NCBI GenBank assembly: GCA_964014485.1
Contig: CAXHAT010000027.1
Location: forward strand, 1 to 51,382
Source: an uncultured Deferribacteres bacterium
Lineage (GTDB): Bacteria; Zhuqueibacterota; Zhuqueibacteria; Zhuqueibacterales; Geothermadaptataceae
Length of the DNA: 51,382 bases
Direction of reading: 5' to 3'
The notes under the pieces are model-generated. The model had not been told where the DNA came from and did not search any database. It saw only the letters and a list, made by a program, of their open reading frames with translations. Both the position numbers and the translations under genes were made by a program. Positions 19,417 to 29,456 of the stretch are shown here, piece after piece (position 1 is the first letter of the stretch; the number at the start of each line of letters is the position of its first letter).

Positions 19417-20481
19417 CTACAGCCATTTCTTTTTCCGAAACCAAATCACCATCAAAATCGCCGCGACGAGCATGACGACAAGGGCGGCAAAATAGCCGTA
19501 TTTCCAGCTTAATTCCGGCATCACCTGAAAATTCATGCCGTAAATTCCGGCGATGAAAGTCAAGGGAATGAAAATGGTCGCGATGATGGTGAGCACTTTC
19601 ATGACTTCGTTCATGCGATTGCTCATCATGGTGTGATAAGCGTCGATCATGCCGGCCAGCATATCCCGCAGCGTGTCAATGGTCTCGGAAACGCGGACGG
19701 CGTGATCGTAAACGTCGCGAAAATAAATCAGCGTATTTTCCTGCATCACCGGTGATTCTTCCCGCGTCAAGGCGCCGACCAACTCACGCACCGGCAGAAC
19801 GGCTTTTCGGACGCGACTGATTTTTTTGCGCATAGTGTAAAGTTCTTGCAGCACGCTTTCATTGGGATCGGCGTTCAAGCGTTCTTCGAGATTGTCCAAC
19901 TGTTCTTCCATGTTGTCCAGCAAGAAGAAATAATTGTCGACCACGGCGTCGATCAATGAGTACGCGAGATAATCCGGCCCGCCCTTACGGATGCGGATTC
20001 GGTTAGTGCGCAGGCGTTCGCGCACCGGCTCGAAAACGTCGCCGACGCGTTCTTGAAAAGTGATGACATAGTTATCGCCAATAAGCAGACTTAGCTGCTC
20101 GGCGGCAATTTCTCTGTCGGCGTTCCCGGCTCTGAGCATTTTCATGACGATAAAAATGTGGTCGTAATAAATTTCCGTTTTGGCGCGTTGACGAGTGTTG
20201 ACGATATCTTCCAAAACAAGCGAATGTACGCCGAAATGCGCCCCCAACGCTTCGATTTTTTTCGTCTCATGCAAGCCGTCGATATTGATCCATGACGCCG
20301 TTGGCGAATCTTTGTATTGGAAGACGTCTTCCAGTTTTTCGATTTCTTTTTCTTCGAGCTTTTCGGAATTAAAATCGATTACGCGGACGCGCATTTTGTC
20401 GAGCTTCTTTTGGCCGGTATGCACAAGCGTACCCGGCGGCAGTCCCGCGCGTTTGCCGAATTTTGAATGTTTGTTTGTCAA
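19417..20481 (-). CDS. corA: Magnesium/cobalt transporter CorA
   Basis: GLPPGTLVHTG N-terminus; GIYGMNF..MPEL signature; two C-terminal TM helices. The ORF extends to 20553; TTG 20481 avoids overlap with the upstream gene. Confidence 0.93.
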   Translation of the reverse strand: MTNKHSKFGKRAGLPPGTLVHTGQKKLDKMRVRVIDFNSEKLEEKEIEKLEDVFQYKDSPTASWINIDGLHETKKIEALGAHFGVHSLVLEDIVNTRQRAKTEIYYDHIFIVMKMLRAGNADREIAAEQLSLLIGDNYVITFQERVGDVFEPVRERLRTNRIRIRKGGPDYLAYSLIDAVVDNYFFLLDNMEEQLDNLEERLNADPNESVLQELYTMRKKISRVRKAVLPVRELVGALTREESPVMQENTLIYFRDVYDHAVRVSETIDTLRDMLAGMIDAYHTMMSNRMNEVMKVLTIIATIFIPLTFIAGIYGMNFQVMPELSWKYGYFAALVVMLVAAILMVIWFRKKKWL

Positions 20482-20509
20482 ATTTTTATAGTTCGTGAAT
20501 TTGGTGTTT

Positions 20510-20824
20510 TCAGGCGGGGCGTTTTTCGAGAGCGCCTTCCCATTCTTTGACACGCTCTATATACAATCCTACATAATCCGGCCAATGATACAAATGATCC
20601 GGATTAAAATCAGCTCCGTTTGGCCAAGTTAATGTAGCAATGCCGTCACTGATAAAAACGCTTTCGAAAACATCCGGATATCGTAAAGGACGGTACATTC
20701 CTCCGCCTAAAACGGGAAGAAAATTGATTGTCTGACACTTCCCGTCATCAAATTGTACGTTTATCGTAAAGGGAGCTATAATTTGGAAAGATTTTACTCT
20801 GCGCTTCACAAGAGATTTTTTCAT
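20510..20824 (-). CDS. DUF2442-family protein (putative antitoxin)
   Basis: VQFDDG...F..V....TLTWPNGADFNPDHLY motif; paired with DUF4160. Confidence 0.8.
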   Translation of the reverse strand: MKKSLVKRRVKSFQIIAPFTINVQFDDGKCQTINFLPVLGGGMYRPLRYPDVFESVFISDGIATLTWPNGADFNPDHLYHWPDYVGLYIERVKEWEGALEKRPA

Positions 20825-20833
20825 TTTTCCAAC

Positions 20834-21100
20834 TTAATTTAGCGGGTTTATTTTATTCGGAAGTTCACCAGATTGCAAGAGTTCCCAGGCGGTTTTCAAT
20901 ACCTTCTCGTGTAGTTCCGTCCAAGCTTCGACTAACCGGCGTTGTTTGTTCGGCAAGTCGCCGGCAATAATACGTTTATCATCAATACGAAATGACGCTT
21001 CAGTGTCTTGGTAAACCGCGTGAAAGTGCGGGGTATTATGTTTCCCGGTTTCAAAAAACATCCTTATAACGATCCCATAAAACCTGGATAATTCCGACAT
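20834..21100 (-). CDS. DUF4160-family protein (putative toxin)
   Basis: SRFYGIVIRMFF...HNTPHFHAVY...LVEAWTELH..L..AW motif. Confidence 0.85.
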   Translation of the reverse strand: MSELSRFYGIVIRMFFETGKHNTPHFHAVYQDTEASFRIDDKRIIAGDLPNKQRRLVEAWTELHEKVLKTAWELLQSGELPNKINPLN

Positions 21101-21157
21101 AACTTGTTCAAGTTATATTGAAAGTACCTGAAAAACAACCGTTAGATTAATGGCTTG

Positions 21158-22591
21158 TCAGGCAGCGATTTCTTCAACTTTTATTAGGTTCGTTGTCCCC
21201 GCCACTCCAATCGGGACGCCTGCTGTGATCACAACGCGATCACCGGTGTTCACCAACCCGAATTTTTGAATTTTCTGCATGGCCGCAGCAAGAATTTCAT
21301 CAGAACTTGTTTCTTCGGTGATTAAAAACGGCTTCACGCCCCAGACCATGCTCAATCTACGTTGAACCGCTTCATCGGTGCAAAGGGCAATAATTGGCAT
21401 GCCGGGGCGGAAACGTGCGACCATACGGGCGGTTGAGCCGCTTTTCGTTGGCGTGACAATGGCGGAAGCTTTTAAGTCTTTCGCGAGTAGAATCGCCGCG
21501 CGGCTGACCGAAGCGGGCACCTCGAGCATTTTGCCGGTTTTTTGAGATTGAAAAGCTTCCCCGCGCGATTTCAAATCTTTCTCGGCGACGCGAACAATTT
21601 TACACATCGTTGAAACGGTTTCAACCGGATATTTGCCAATGGCGGTTTCTTCTGAAAGCATCACGGCGTCCGTGCCGTCCAAAACGGCGTTGGCGACGTC
21701 CGCGGCCTCGGCGCGCGTGGGGCGCGGGCTTTCCACCATGGTCTTGAGCATTTGCGTCGCCGTAATCACCGGCTTGCCGACTTTGTTGCACCTGGCGATG
21801 ATCATTTTTTGCAAAACCGGCACCCGCTCGAGCGCCACTTCAACCGCCAAGTCGCCCCGGGCCACCATCACGCCGTCGGCGGCGTCAATGATTTCATCGA
21901 TGTTCGCTAACGCCTCGCCTTTCTCGATTTTCGCGATAATCGGCGTTTCTTTTCCAGCGACTTTGACCAATTGTTTCAGCGTCAGCACGTCTTGTTTTTC
22001 GCGCACAAAGCTGAGCGCAAGATAGTCGACGTTTTTAGACAGCCCAAATTCGAGGTCCTTTAAATCTTTTGACGTCAGGCTGGGGATGCCGAAGGAGCTG
22101 CTTGGCAAATTCACCCCTTTGTTCGAGCTTAAAATCCCCGGGCTTTCCACGCGACACCTGAGTCCGGCTTCGGTTCTTTCTAAAACTTGCAGGGCGATTG
22201 AGCCGTCGGCCAACAGGATTTGTTCACCAGGCTTGACCACGTCAACAATTTTAGGATAGGTTGTTGAAGCGCCCGTCTGATCTCCGATCCGCTCATTTGC
22301 GTACAACACAAAATCTGCATTTTTTTCCAACGGAACAGCGCCAGCTACTTTGCCGACACGAATTTTGGGCCCAGACAAATCCTGTAAAATCGCGACCGGC
22401 GTATCCTTGCGCGCCGCGATTTCCCGAATTAATTTCATGCGCGCGGCGTGCTCATCGTGCGAGCCGTGCGAGAAGTTGAGGCGGGCGACGTTCATTCCCG
22501 CGTCGATGAGACCTTCGATCTTTTCCGCCGACTCAGATGAGGGGCCGAGCGTGCAGACGATCTTGGTGCGGCGGTTTTCGTGTTTTGACAT
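21158..22591 (-). CDS. pyk: Pyruvate kinase
   Basis: RRTKIVCTLGP, ARLNFSHG, IIAKIE, MVARGDL, ATQML and DAVMLSEETA motifs. Confidence 0.97.
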   Translation of the reverse strand: MSKHENRRTKIVCTLGPSSESAEKIEGLIDAGMNVARLNFSHGSHDEHAARMKLIREIAARKDTPVAILQDLSGPKIRVGKVAGAVPLEKNADFVLYANERIGDQTGASTTYPKIVDVVKPGEQILLADGSIALQVLERTEAGLRCRVESPGILSSNKGVNLPSSSFGIPSLTSKDLKDLEFGLSKNVDYLALSFVREKQDVLTLKQLVKVAGKETPIIAKIEKGEALANIDEIIDAADGVMVARGDLAVEVALERVPVLQKMIIARCNKVGKPVITATQMLKTMVESPRPTRAEAADVANAVLDGTDAVMLSEETAIGKYPVETVSTMCKIVRVAEKDLKSRGEAFQSQKTGKMLEVPASVSRAAILLAKDLKASAIVTPTKSGSTARMVARFRPGMPIIALCTDEAVQRRLSMVWGVKPFLITEETSSDEILAAAMQKIQKFGLVNTGDRVVITAGVPIGVAGTTNLIKVEEIAA

Positions 22592-22638
22592 GGATTTTTA
22601 AAAGCGCTAGCGATTTAAGAAAATGCGTGGTTTTACTC

Positions 22639-23601
22639 TCACTTGAAAAGCTTGCTGAACCATGAGCGCGGTCGCTCTTCCAAGAATTGGTCTTTGTGAA
22701 AGTCAATCGTTCTGAAGTCTTGATCTTGCAATTTTTCGCCTTCAGCCAAAGAAGCGACCGCCTCACGATTAATGAGCGCCGGCGTATATTCCGGATCCAA
22801 TCCCAGAGCTTTGTCGAGTGCTTCGAGAGCTTTTTCCTTTTGCCCCAGGTGCGCATAGCACAATCCCATGTTTCCGTATGATTGATGGTGTCGAGGATTA
22901 TTTGCAATCACCTGTTGAAATCCGGAAAGCGCGGTCTCCCATTCCGATTTTTCCATAGCTGCGAATGCGTCGTTAAATACATGATGAAATTTTAAGTAGT
23001 CGTCAAGATTCAGACCGTATTCTTTTTGTACGGTTTTCTCAAAATCGGAGAGCATTTTTCGCGCATTGACAACAAATTCTTCGGTCAGGTCTCCGTAGCG
23101 AACAACTTTTTTGAATGCATTTAACATTTCCGGAAGTTCGAGCTTTATTTGATGAATTGAGCCCTTATTGTACCAGGCTTCAACAAAAAAAGGATTCATT
23201 TCAACGGCTCGATCAAAACAAGATACCGCTTCATCATAATCGTTTTTTGAGAGATGAATCGCGCCCATCCCGAAATGCACTGAGGGGATTTGAAAATGCT
23301 CTTGTAATAGATCACGCATCTTGGATTCGGCCTGTTTTGTCGCCCCCATTTCAAGGAGGGCTAATGCCTGATCAACCTTCTCGTCAATGTCGCTGTTGAC
23401 TGCCCAAATCGTTGGCTCGGAAGATCGACTGAGCGACCTTTTCTGGGAATAGGCTCTGGATTGAGAATAATATTTACATCCCTCGCACTCGGGAGACCGC
23501 GTTCTTGCACAACAAATTGAACAGATCAAATTGTTGTCGTTGATCATGCAGACGCGTTCTTTCTTTCCTCTGGAGCAAATTGCGCATCGATTCTTTTGCA
23601 C
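22639..23601 (-). CDS. TPR protein with N-terminal 8-Cys (putative zinc-binding) domain
   Basis: CAIC-x8-C-x8-CSICC-x7-CEGC followed by several TPR repeats. Confidence 0.75.
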   Translation of the reverse strand: MQKNRCAICSRGKKERVCMINDNNLICSICCARTRSPECEGCKYYSQSRAYSQKRSLSRSSEPTIWAVNSDIDEKVDQALALLEMGATKQAESKMRDLLQEHFQIPSVHFGMGAIHLSKNDYDEAVSCFDRAVEMNPFFVEAWYNKGSIHQIKLELPEMLNAFKKVVRYGDLTEEFVVNARKMLSDFEKTVQKEYGLNLDDYLKFHHVFNDAFAAMEKSEWETALSGFQQVIANNPRHHQSYGNMGLCYAHLGQKEKALEALDKALGLDPEYTPALINREAVASLAEGEKLQDQDFRTIDFHKDQFLEERPRSWFSKLFK

Positions 23602-23627
23602 TTTGATCTACTCTCGCTGGTTTGTGA

Positions 23628-24959
23628 TTAACGACGTTCAACCAATAGAATTTGCATATCCATCACGTTTGTATGCGTCGGGCCGGTGATAATGAGATCG
23701 CCCAGCGCTTCAAAAAACGGGTAGGCGTTATTTTGCGCAAGATATTGTTCAACGTCAAGCCCGGCCTCGCGAGCGCGTTCCAGCGACTGGTCGTCGATAA
23801 TAGCGCCTGTGGCGTCGGTTGGGCCGTCGGAGCCGTCAGTGCCGGCGGAGAGCAGGACGCTGCAAGCTTGACCAGCTAACTTGTTTATCGCGGCCAGGGC
23901 CAATTCCTGGTTACGGCCGCCCTTGCCGTTTCCGCGGAGCGTTACGGTCGTTTCACCGCCGGTGAGAATGCAGGAGGGAGGTTTAATCGGCAGGTTGTTT
24001 TTAAGAATATCGGCGGCAAACGCCGGGTAGATTTGGGCGATTTCGCGCGCTTCGCCCTGTAAGGACGTCGTCAAAATTTGGGTGTCGTACCCTAGCTCGT
24101 GCGCTTTTTTTGCCGCCGCTTCAAGCGCTTGCAGGAGATTGCCGACCACGACAACTTGGTTGTTTTTGAAAACGCTTTGCGGAACCTTTGCGGCTGGGTC
24201 ATTCGCAGAATTTTGCAAGAAGGTTCTGACGTTGCGGGGCAGGTTTTCGAGAATTTCGTAGCGTTCGCAAATTCGCAAGGCCGCCGCAGCGTTGGTGGTG
24301 GCGGGAACCGTCGGGCCGGAAGCGATAAAATCAAGCGGGTCGCCGATGACGTCGGAAAGTACGAGCGTGCAAAGTTCAGCGGGGTGGATTGCTTGCGCCA
24401 AGCGTCCGCCTTTCACGCGCGAAAGCTGTGTTCGCACGGTGTTGATTTCCTGGATTTCAGCGCCGCAGCCGAGCAGCGCGTGCGTTGTCGCCTGCTTGTC
24501 AGCTAATGAAACGCCTTCGACCGGCAGCGTCAGCAGCGCTGAGCCGCCGCCCGAAATAGCGACGATGACGAGATCGTCCTTGCCCAATTTTGAAGCGAAT
24601 TCATAAATCGCCTGCGACGCAGCCACGCTTTTTTCATCCGGCACGGGGTGCGCGGCTTCATGGCAGGCAGCCTTTTTGAGTTTAAATCCTGCGGCGTGAC
24701 CGTACTTGGTCACTGCAACACCGCCGGACAGTTGATCTCCCAGGATCGATTCCAGCGCAAAAGTCATCGCCGCCGCTGCTTTGCCGAACGCAATGACAAA
24801 AATTTTTCGGTCAGCGATGTTGTACGTTTTTTCCCCAATCTGAAGAGAGTTTTTTTCTAAACGAACGTGGCTGCGGACGGCGGCGTCAGAAGAAACGGCC
24901 GCGACGCCTGACTGAAAAATACTCAGTGCGTCACGGCGGAGACGGTCGCGGTGTGACAT
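23628..24959 (-). CDS. Glycerate 2-kinase (MOFRL / DUF4147 family)
   Basis: FGKAA, HPVPD, ISGGGSALL, SDVIGD..IASGPT, GGRNQE, GTDGSDGPT and TGPTHTNVMD motifs. ATG 24959 chosen as start. Confidence 0.92.
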   Translation of the reverse strand: MSHRDRLRRDALSIFQSGVAAVSSDAAVRSHVRLEKNSLQIGEKTYNIADRKIFVIAFGKAAAAMTFALESILGDQLSGGVAVTKYGHAAGFKLKKAACHEAAHPVPDEKSVAASQAIYEFASKLGKDDLVIVAISGGGSALLTLPVEGVSLADKQATTHALLGCGAEIQEINTVRTQLSRVKGGRLAQAIHPAELCTLVLSDVIGDPLDFIASGPTVPATTNAAAALRICERYEILENLPRNVRTFLQNSANDPAAKVPQSVFKNNQVVVVGNLLQALEAAAKKAHELGYDTQILTTSLQGEAREIAQIYPAFAADILKNNLPIKPPSCILTGGETTVTLRGNGKGGRNQELALAAINKLAGQACSVLLSAGTDGSDGPTDATGAIIDDQSLERAREAGLDVEQYLAQNNAYPFFEALGDLIITGPTHTNVMDMQILLVERR

Positions 24960-24988
24960 GTTTGAAAGGGAGGTTTTGGGTTGAATGC

Positions 24989-25016
24989 GTAGAGACGCAA
25001 GGCCTTGCATCTCTAC
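24989..25016. repeat. GTAG-type REP palindrome
   Basis: GTAGAGACGCAAGGCCTTGCATCTCTAC. Confidence 0.65.
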
Positions 25017-25030
25017 CTGTCCGATATTTG

Positions 25031-27589
25031 TTAAACACTCACAGTTTCATGCACGGCATTGGTTTGAGAAAATCGCTCGCGCATCTGATCAACGTTGATA
25101 TTAAAATGCTGCGCCAATCTTAAGACTGTGTCAACAGAGGCGCGTGTACCGTTTGGCGCTTCGCTCTGCTCAAATTGCATAATCGCGGCCGGGACATGCC
25201 GCCTGAGAATCGAAAACAGGCGATTTTGAATCGGCGCCTGGTGCAAGCTCAGCTTAAGGTGTTTGGCCAGATCAATAATATTGGCGATTTCCTGAATAAT
25301 GGCGGGGTCAAAATGATCGATTGCCGCGAGCAGTTTTTTCTCCAAAGTCTTTTGAAATATCTGCGACGCTTCCTGCGTGTCCAATTCGATTCCGAGCTTT
25401 TCCGCGAGACGAACGGCGTCCAGCGCTTTTTGAAAGTTTGCGTGTGCGGATGATTTCTTGAGCCTTCGCGCCTGTTCCGCAACAGCATCGCCAAGCGTGA
25501 GTTTCGCCGGAAGCATAACGCTTTCCGGCAGAGGCAAATCCAGATTTGAAATGGTTGAAAGCATGTTGCGGTACTTGTCGAAAATTTCGCGGTATCCGGC
25601 GCCGATTTCACGCAGTTGCTGGGTGAGAATAATATCCACGATTTTTTGGCGTTCGTCATAGAAGAGATCGCCGAGGGTGTAGGACAAACCGCCAACCAGT
25701 TTTTCCATCGTTTCGATCAATTCCCGCCCGCTTTTGCGACTGAATAATTGCAAAGCGCTTATCTTCAAGGCGGAGAAATCCAAATCCCGCTTGGTCCGCT
25801 TCACAAAACAGACGATTTCTTCACCGTCGTTCAGATTGAGCAGAACATAGGCGGCTCGCACCTTTTCGAGCGTGATGTGCGATTGCGTGTGGACAAAGCC
25901 TAACCGTATTTTTGCATTTTCACTTTCCGCGGAATGGCGCTCCGCTTCGTCGATGTGGTAAGTGTAAATGCGATGCGATTTGCCGCGCGACGGCTTCTTC
26001 TTAAACATCGAAGTGATGGCAAAATGGTTGATCACTTTACCGAAAGTCACAACGCGCGGTTTGACGAAATTATTGTAAATCCATTCGCCGTCGTGATGGA
26101 GCCGTATGTTGCTTTTCGCAAGTTTGAGCTTTTCGAGAAACGGCGATTCAAGAAATTCCCCGAAAACGTCCTTCCCGAGCTGAATCGCGCGCGCCGCGTA
26201 TTTCATCACCTGAACAGTTTCTATTCCTGAAAGCTCGCTGAAAAACCAACCGCAACTGGTGTACATCAACTGCATATTGCGCTGCATTTCCATCACTTTG
26301 AGCGCTTTGACAATATCGTCTTCCTCAAGGTGATCATGCGTATGCGCTGTTAAAAATCGTTCGAGAGCGCCCGTCGGCGATTCCCTGTCGAGAATCACAT
26401 CGATGTAGGCGTTGCGCGCTGCGTCAACGTCTTTGAAGTATTTTTCGCCGATTTCCGCCGTCCGACGGTTGAGCTCGTCCCGCAGAAAATCAAGTGCATC
26501 GCGCAACGGTTGTCGCCAGGACTGATTCCAGTGCATCTCGCCGCCGGTGTTGCAGCCGCAATCACGCGTCCAGCGCCCGACGCCGTGCGCACAACTCCAG
26601 GCCGTTCCTTCGCCGTCAGGGCCAGGCTTGAGCTCGGCTTCAAATTGCGGCGGGTTCTTCTCAAGAAATGCGCCAAAATTGATCGGTTTCATGCCGCGCA
26701 GCGGCGCTTCATTATGAAGCAAGTAAGCTGCGGCCATTTCACCGAATTCTTGATGATGGCCAAAAGTCTCTCCGTCCGTCGCCGTGGAAATCAGAAGATC
26801 GCCTTCCCCTTCGCCGAAAGCTTCTTCCAGGCGTGTTGCAAAGATTTTCGAGTCATGCAACAGACGCTCGAAACTGATCCCGCGAGACAAGTCGCCGTGA
26901 TAGAAAAAGACGTCGATGAATCGATCTTGGATTTTTTCGCCATTTTCGTTTTGGGCAAAACAGCGGTACGGACGACGCATGTCGATTTGGCCGTTATCGA
27001 CGAGGCGCCATGCGTCTCCGTTTTCTTCAGGCAATGGACGAACGCGCTGTGCCTGATGCGGCGAAAGAATGATGTATTTGAAAGGAAAGTCGGTAAGCAA
27101 ATTGAAAGTTTGTTGGTTGATCGCCGTCTCGGGGAGCCAGATTGATTCGGGCTCGCGCTGAAAACGATGCTTGAAATCAGCAACGCCCCAGAGAATTTGC
27201 GTCCGTTGGTCTTCTATCGGCGCCAGAGGCATGATGGTGTGGTTGTAGCACTGCGCAATCGCCGCACCGTGACCGTTGAACATTTCCATGCTTTCTTGGT
27301 CGGCCTCCAGGACGCGCTTGTAGACGCGCGGCGCGTGAATCTCGAGCCAGCTCAAGAGCGTCGGCCCGAAATTGAAATTCAAAAGTGTGTAATTATTGAT
27401 GATTTCAGTGATGCGCCCGCTGTCGTCGAGAATGCGGGCGAAAGCGTTGGGAAAGTAACATTCGGCGTTAATGCGTTCGTTCCAATCATGTTCCGGATGG
27501 GCGCTGGGCTGGCGGTCTATCACCTCAGTCCAAGGGTTTTCCCGAGGCGGCTGGTAGAAGTGTCCGTGTAAAGTTAGGTATTTTTCCAT
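25031..27589 (-). CDS. GH57-family glycoside hydrolase with DUF3536 domain
   Basis: HGHFYQPPRENPW, WLPETA nucleophile, ATDGETFGHH, WSCAHGVGRW and MYTSCGWFF motifs. Confidence 0.9.
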   Translation of the reverse strand: MEKYLTLHGHFYQPPRENPWTEVIDRQPSAHPEHDWNERINAECYFPNAFARILDDSGRITEIINNYTLLNFNFGPTLLSWLEIHAPRVYKRVLEADQESMEMFNGHGAAIAQCYNHTIMPLAPIEDQRTQILWGVADFKHRFQREPESIWLPETAINQQTFNLLTDFPFKYIILSPHQAQRVRPLPEENGDAWRLVDNGQIDMRRPYRCFAQNENGEKIQDRFIDVFFYHGDLSRGISFERLLHDSKIFATRLEEAFGEGEGDLLISTATDGETFGHHQEFGEMAAAYLLHNEAPLRGMKPINFGAFLEKNPPQFEAELKPGPDGEGTAWSCAHGVGRWTRDCGCNTGGEMHWNQSWRQPLRDALDFLRDELNRRTAEIGEKYFKDVDAARNAYIDVILDRESPTGALERFLTAHTHDHLEEDDIVKALKVMEMQRNMQLMYTSCGWFFSELSGIETVQVMKYAARAIQLGKDVFGEFLESPFLEKLKLAKSNIRLHHDGEWIYNNFVKPRVVTFGKVINHFAITSMFKKKPSRGKSHRIYTYHIDEAERHSAESENAKIRLGFVHTQSHITLEKVRAAYVLLNLNDGEEIVCFVKRTKRDLDFSALKISALQLFSRKSGRELIETMEKLVGGLSYTLGDLFYDERQKIVDIILTQQLREIGAGYREIFDKYRNMLSTISNLDLPLPESVMLPAKLTLGDAVAEQARRLKKSSAHANFQKALDAVRLAEKLGIELDTQEASQIFQKTLEKKLLAAIDHFDPAIIQEIANIIDLAKHLKLSLHQAPIQNRLFSILRRHVPAAIMQFEQSEAPNGTRASVDTVLRLAQHFNINVDQMRERFSQTNAVHETVSV

Positions 27590-27701
27590 GCGGCAACTGT
27601 AACAACTTTTCGTCTGCAACGCAAGGGGAAATCACCATCATGAACTCTTGCTGTGTGCGGTTTGAAGGCTTGTTCTGCATGTACAATTTGAAAGACAAGG
27701 C

Positions 27702-27730
27702 TTGACTTGCGGCTCAGTGTGTGTTACCTT
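27702..27730 (+). promoter_or_regulatory. Possible sigma70 promoter of the RHH-VapC operon
   Basis: TTGACT-N17-TACCTT with extended TG; overlapping palindrome CTTTTTGGCAAAAAG. Confidence 0.35.
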
Positions 27731-27760
27731 TTTGGCAAAAAGATATTACGAGCTTCCAAA

Positions 27761-28000
27761 ATGAAAACATTGACTCTCAAATTGCCCAATTCTCTCGAGA
27801 CGCGTTTAAATTTTAAGGCCAAAGAATCCGGATTGAGTAAATCCGAAATCGTTCGAGAAGCTCTGCTAAATTATCTTATGGATGATAAAAAAGCGCAGAC
27901 TGGAAGTTTTCTTGAGCTTGCTAAAGATCTTGCAGGCAGCGTTGAGGGCCCCATTGATTTGTCAGAAAATGAAAAATATCTGGAAGATTATGGTCAGTGA
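27761..28000 (+). CDS. Ribbon-helix-helix (CopG-like) antitoxin
   Basis: MKTLTLKLP..L..RL...AKESGLSKSEIVREAL RHH motif; coupled to a PIN gene. Confidence 0.85.
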   Translation: MKTLTLKLPNSLETRLNFKAKESGLSKSEIVREALLNYLMDDKKAQTGSFLELAKDLAGSVEGPIDLSENEKYLEDYGQ

Positions 28001-28422
28001 AAAATAAGGTCATTCTTATCGATACCGGGCCCTTGGTCGCCTTCCTCAATCGCAGAGATCACCACCATAATTGGGCGACTTCTCATCTCGCGATGATGCA
28101 GCCGCCTCTTCTCACCTGCGAGGCGGTATTTTCCGAAGCCTGCTTTTTGTTGCGACAAGAAAAGAACGGGGCGGTCAATCTTTTGGAACTTATTGAAAGA
28201 AAACTGTTAACGCTTCCATTTCGTTTTGAAGATGAATTTCAAGCCATTCAAGCTTTAATGACAAAATACAAGAATAGGCCAATGTCTTTTGCTGATGCGT
28301 GTCTCGTGCGTATGAGCGAGCAATATGCGGCCAGTGTTGTTTTTACTTTGGACAGTGACTTTGGCGTTTATCGAAAACATGGCCGTCAAGCTATTCCAAT
28401 GATTTCACCGGTCGTTCACTGA
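27997..28422 (+). CDS. vapC: PIN-domain VapC toxin
   Basis: LIDTGPLVA, EAVFSEA, MSFADA and TLDSDF acidic PIN residues. Confidence 0.88.
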   Translation: MKNKVILIDTGPLVAFLNRRDHHHNWATSHLAMMQPPLLTCEAVFSEACFLLRQEKNGAVNLLELIERKLLTLPFRFEDEFQAIQALMTKYKNRPMSFADACLVRMSEQYAASVVFTLDSDFGVYRKHGRQAIPMISPVVH

Positions 28423-28505
28423 AGACCAAATTTCATTCTTGGGGAAAAGTAGCCTCAGCATGGCGCATCGTTCACGCCTCATCAACATCAAGTGTCCAGT
28501 CAATC

Positions 28506-29264
28506 TTACCCGCACAAAACTGAACCGCCGTTAACGTTGAGAATTTCGCCTGTAACGTGCCTTGCCAAATCAGAGCAGAGAAACGCAATCGGTCCGGCCA
28601 CGTCTTCGGCGCTTGCGACGCGCCCAAGCGGAATGGCTGCTTCGATTTCTGCGCGTTGATCCGTTTGCAGCGGGTCGGCTGTCATTTCCGTGTCTATCCA
28701 CCCCGGGGCGACGGCGTTCACGGTAATATCCCGATCAGCGAGTTCAATGCAGAGGCCTTTTACCATGGCGTGCAAAGCGCCTTTTGTGGCGGCGTAATCG
28801 ACATGGTACGCTTCGCCGCGCTGCCCGGCCGTCGAGCCGACATAAACGATGCGCCCATGCTCGCGCAAGCGTTTTGCCGCAGCGCGCGTGGCAAAAAAAA
28901 CGGCGTCGAGATTGACGGCTATCGTACGTCGCCATTGCGCGTCTTCCATTTCAGCGACGCCGACTTCATGCGGCGGCCAAACTCCCGCGTTGGCGATAAA
29001 AAAATCGAAGCCTCCGGGGAATTCGTCGTCCACGCGGGAAAACATCGGATTAATGCAATTCTTGTTTTCAAAATTCGCTTGCACCGCCCATCCTCGGGAA
29101 CCTTCAGCTTGAATTAAATCTAGCGTCTCAAGAGCGTCTTTTTCTCGCGAATGATAAGTCATCCCGACTTCCGCTCCGGCGCGCGCCAACAAAACCGCCG
29201 CCGCCCGCCCGACGCCGCGTGAACCACCCGTGATCAGCGCGCGTTTTCCAGTGAAATCTATCAT
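28506..29264 (-). CDS. SDR-family oxidoreductase (FabG-like)
   Basis: TGGSRGVG, NAG, YAATK and NAVAPGWIDT motifs. Confidence 0.9.
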   Translation of the reverse strand: MIDFTGKRALITGGSRGVGRAAAVLLARAGAEVGMTYHSREKDALETLDLIQAEGSRGWAVQANFENKNCINPMFSRVDDEFPGGFDFFIANAGVWPPHEVGVAEMEDAQWRRTIAVNLDAVFFATRAAAKRLREHGRIVYVGSTAGQRGEAYHVDYAATKGALHAMVKGLCIELADRDITVNAVAPGWIDTEMTADPLQTDQRAEIEAAIPLGRVASAEDVAGPIAFLCSDLARHVTGEILNVNGGSVLCG

Positions 29265-29456
29265 TTTTTACTACCTTTCGTGTTGTTTTCAAAGCTTCCG
29301 TTGCTGATTGGGAGTTCAGCTCTTTCTGACATTGCAAAACTATTTACGCTTGCCTTTTAGTAAAGGCTTTTGTAACGATCGCCTTGTATTTCTTCTTGGG
29401 GCCGCAAATAATCAAGCGGCGCTTGTCGTTTTAACAGAACTCTTGAGGGGACAATA

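Noticed and set aside
15831..28422. Integron cassette array explaining the TA modules
   Set aside because: No integrase and no convincing attC sites seen; the modules are dispersed among core genes.
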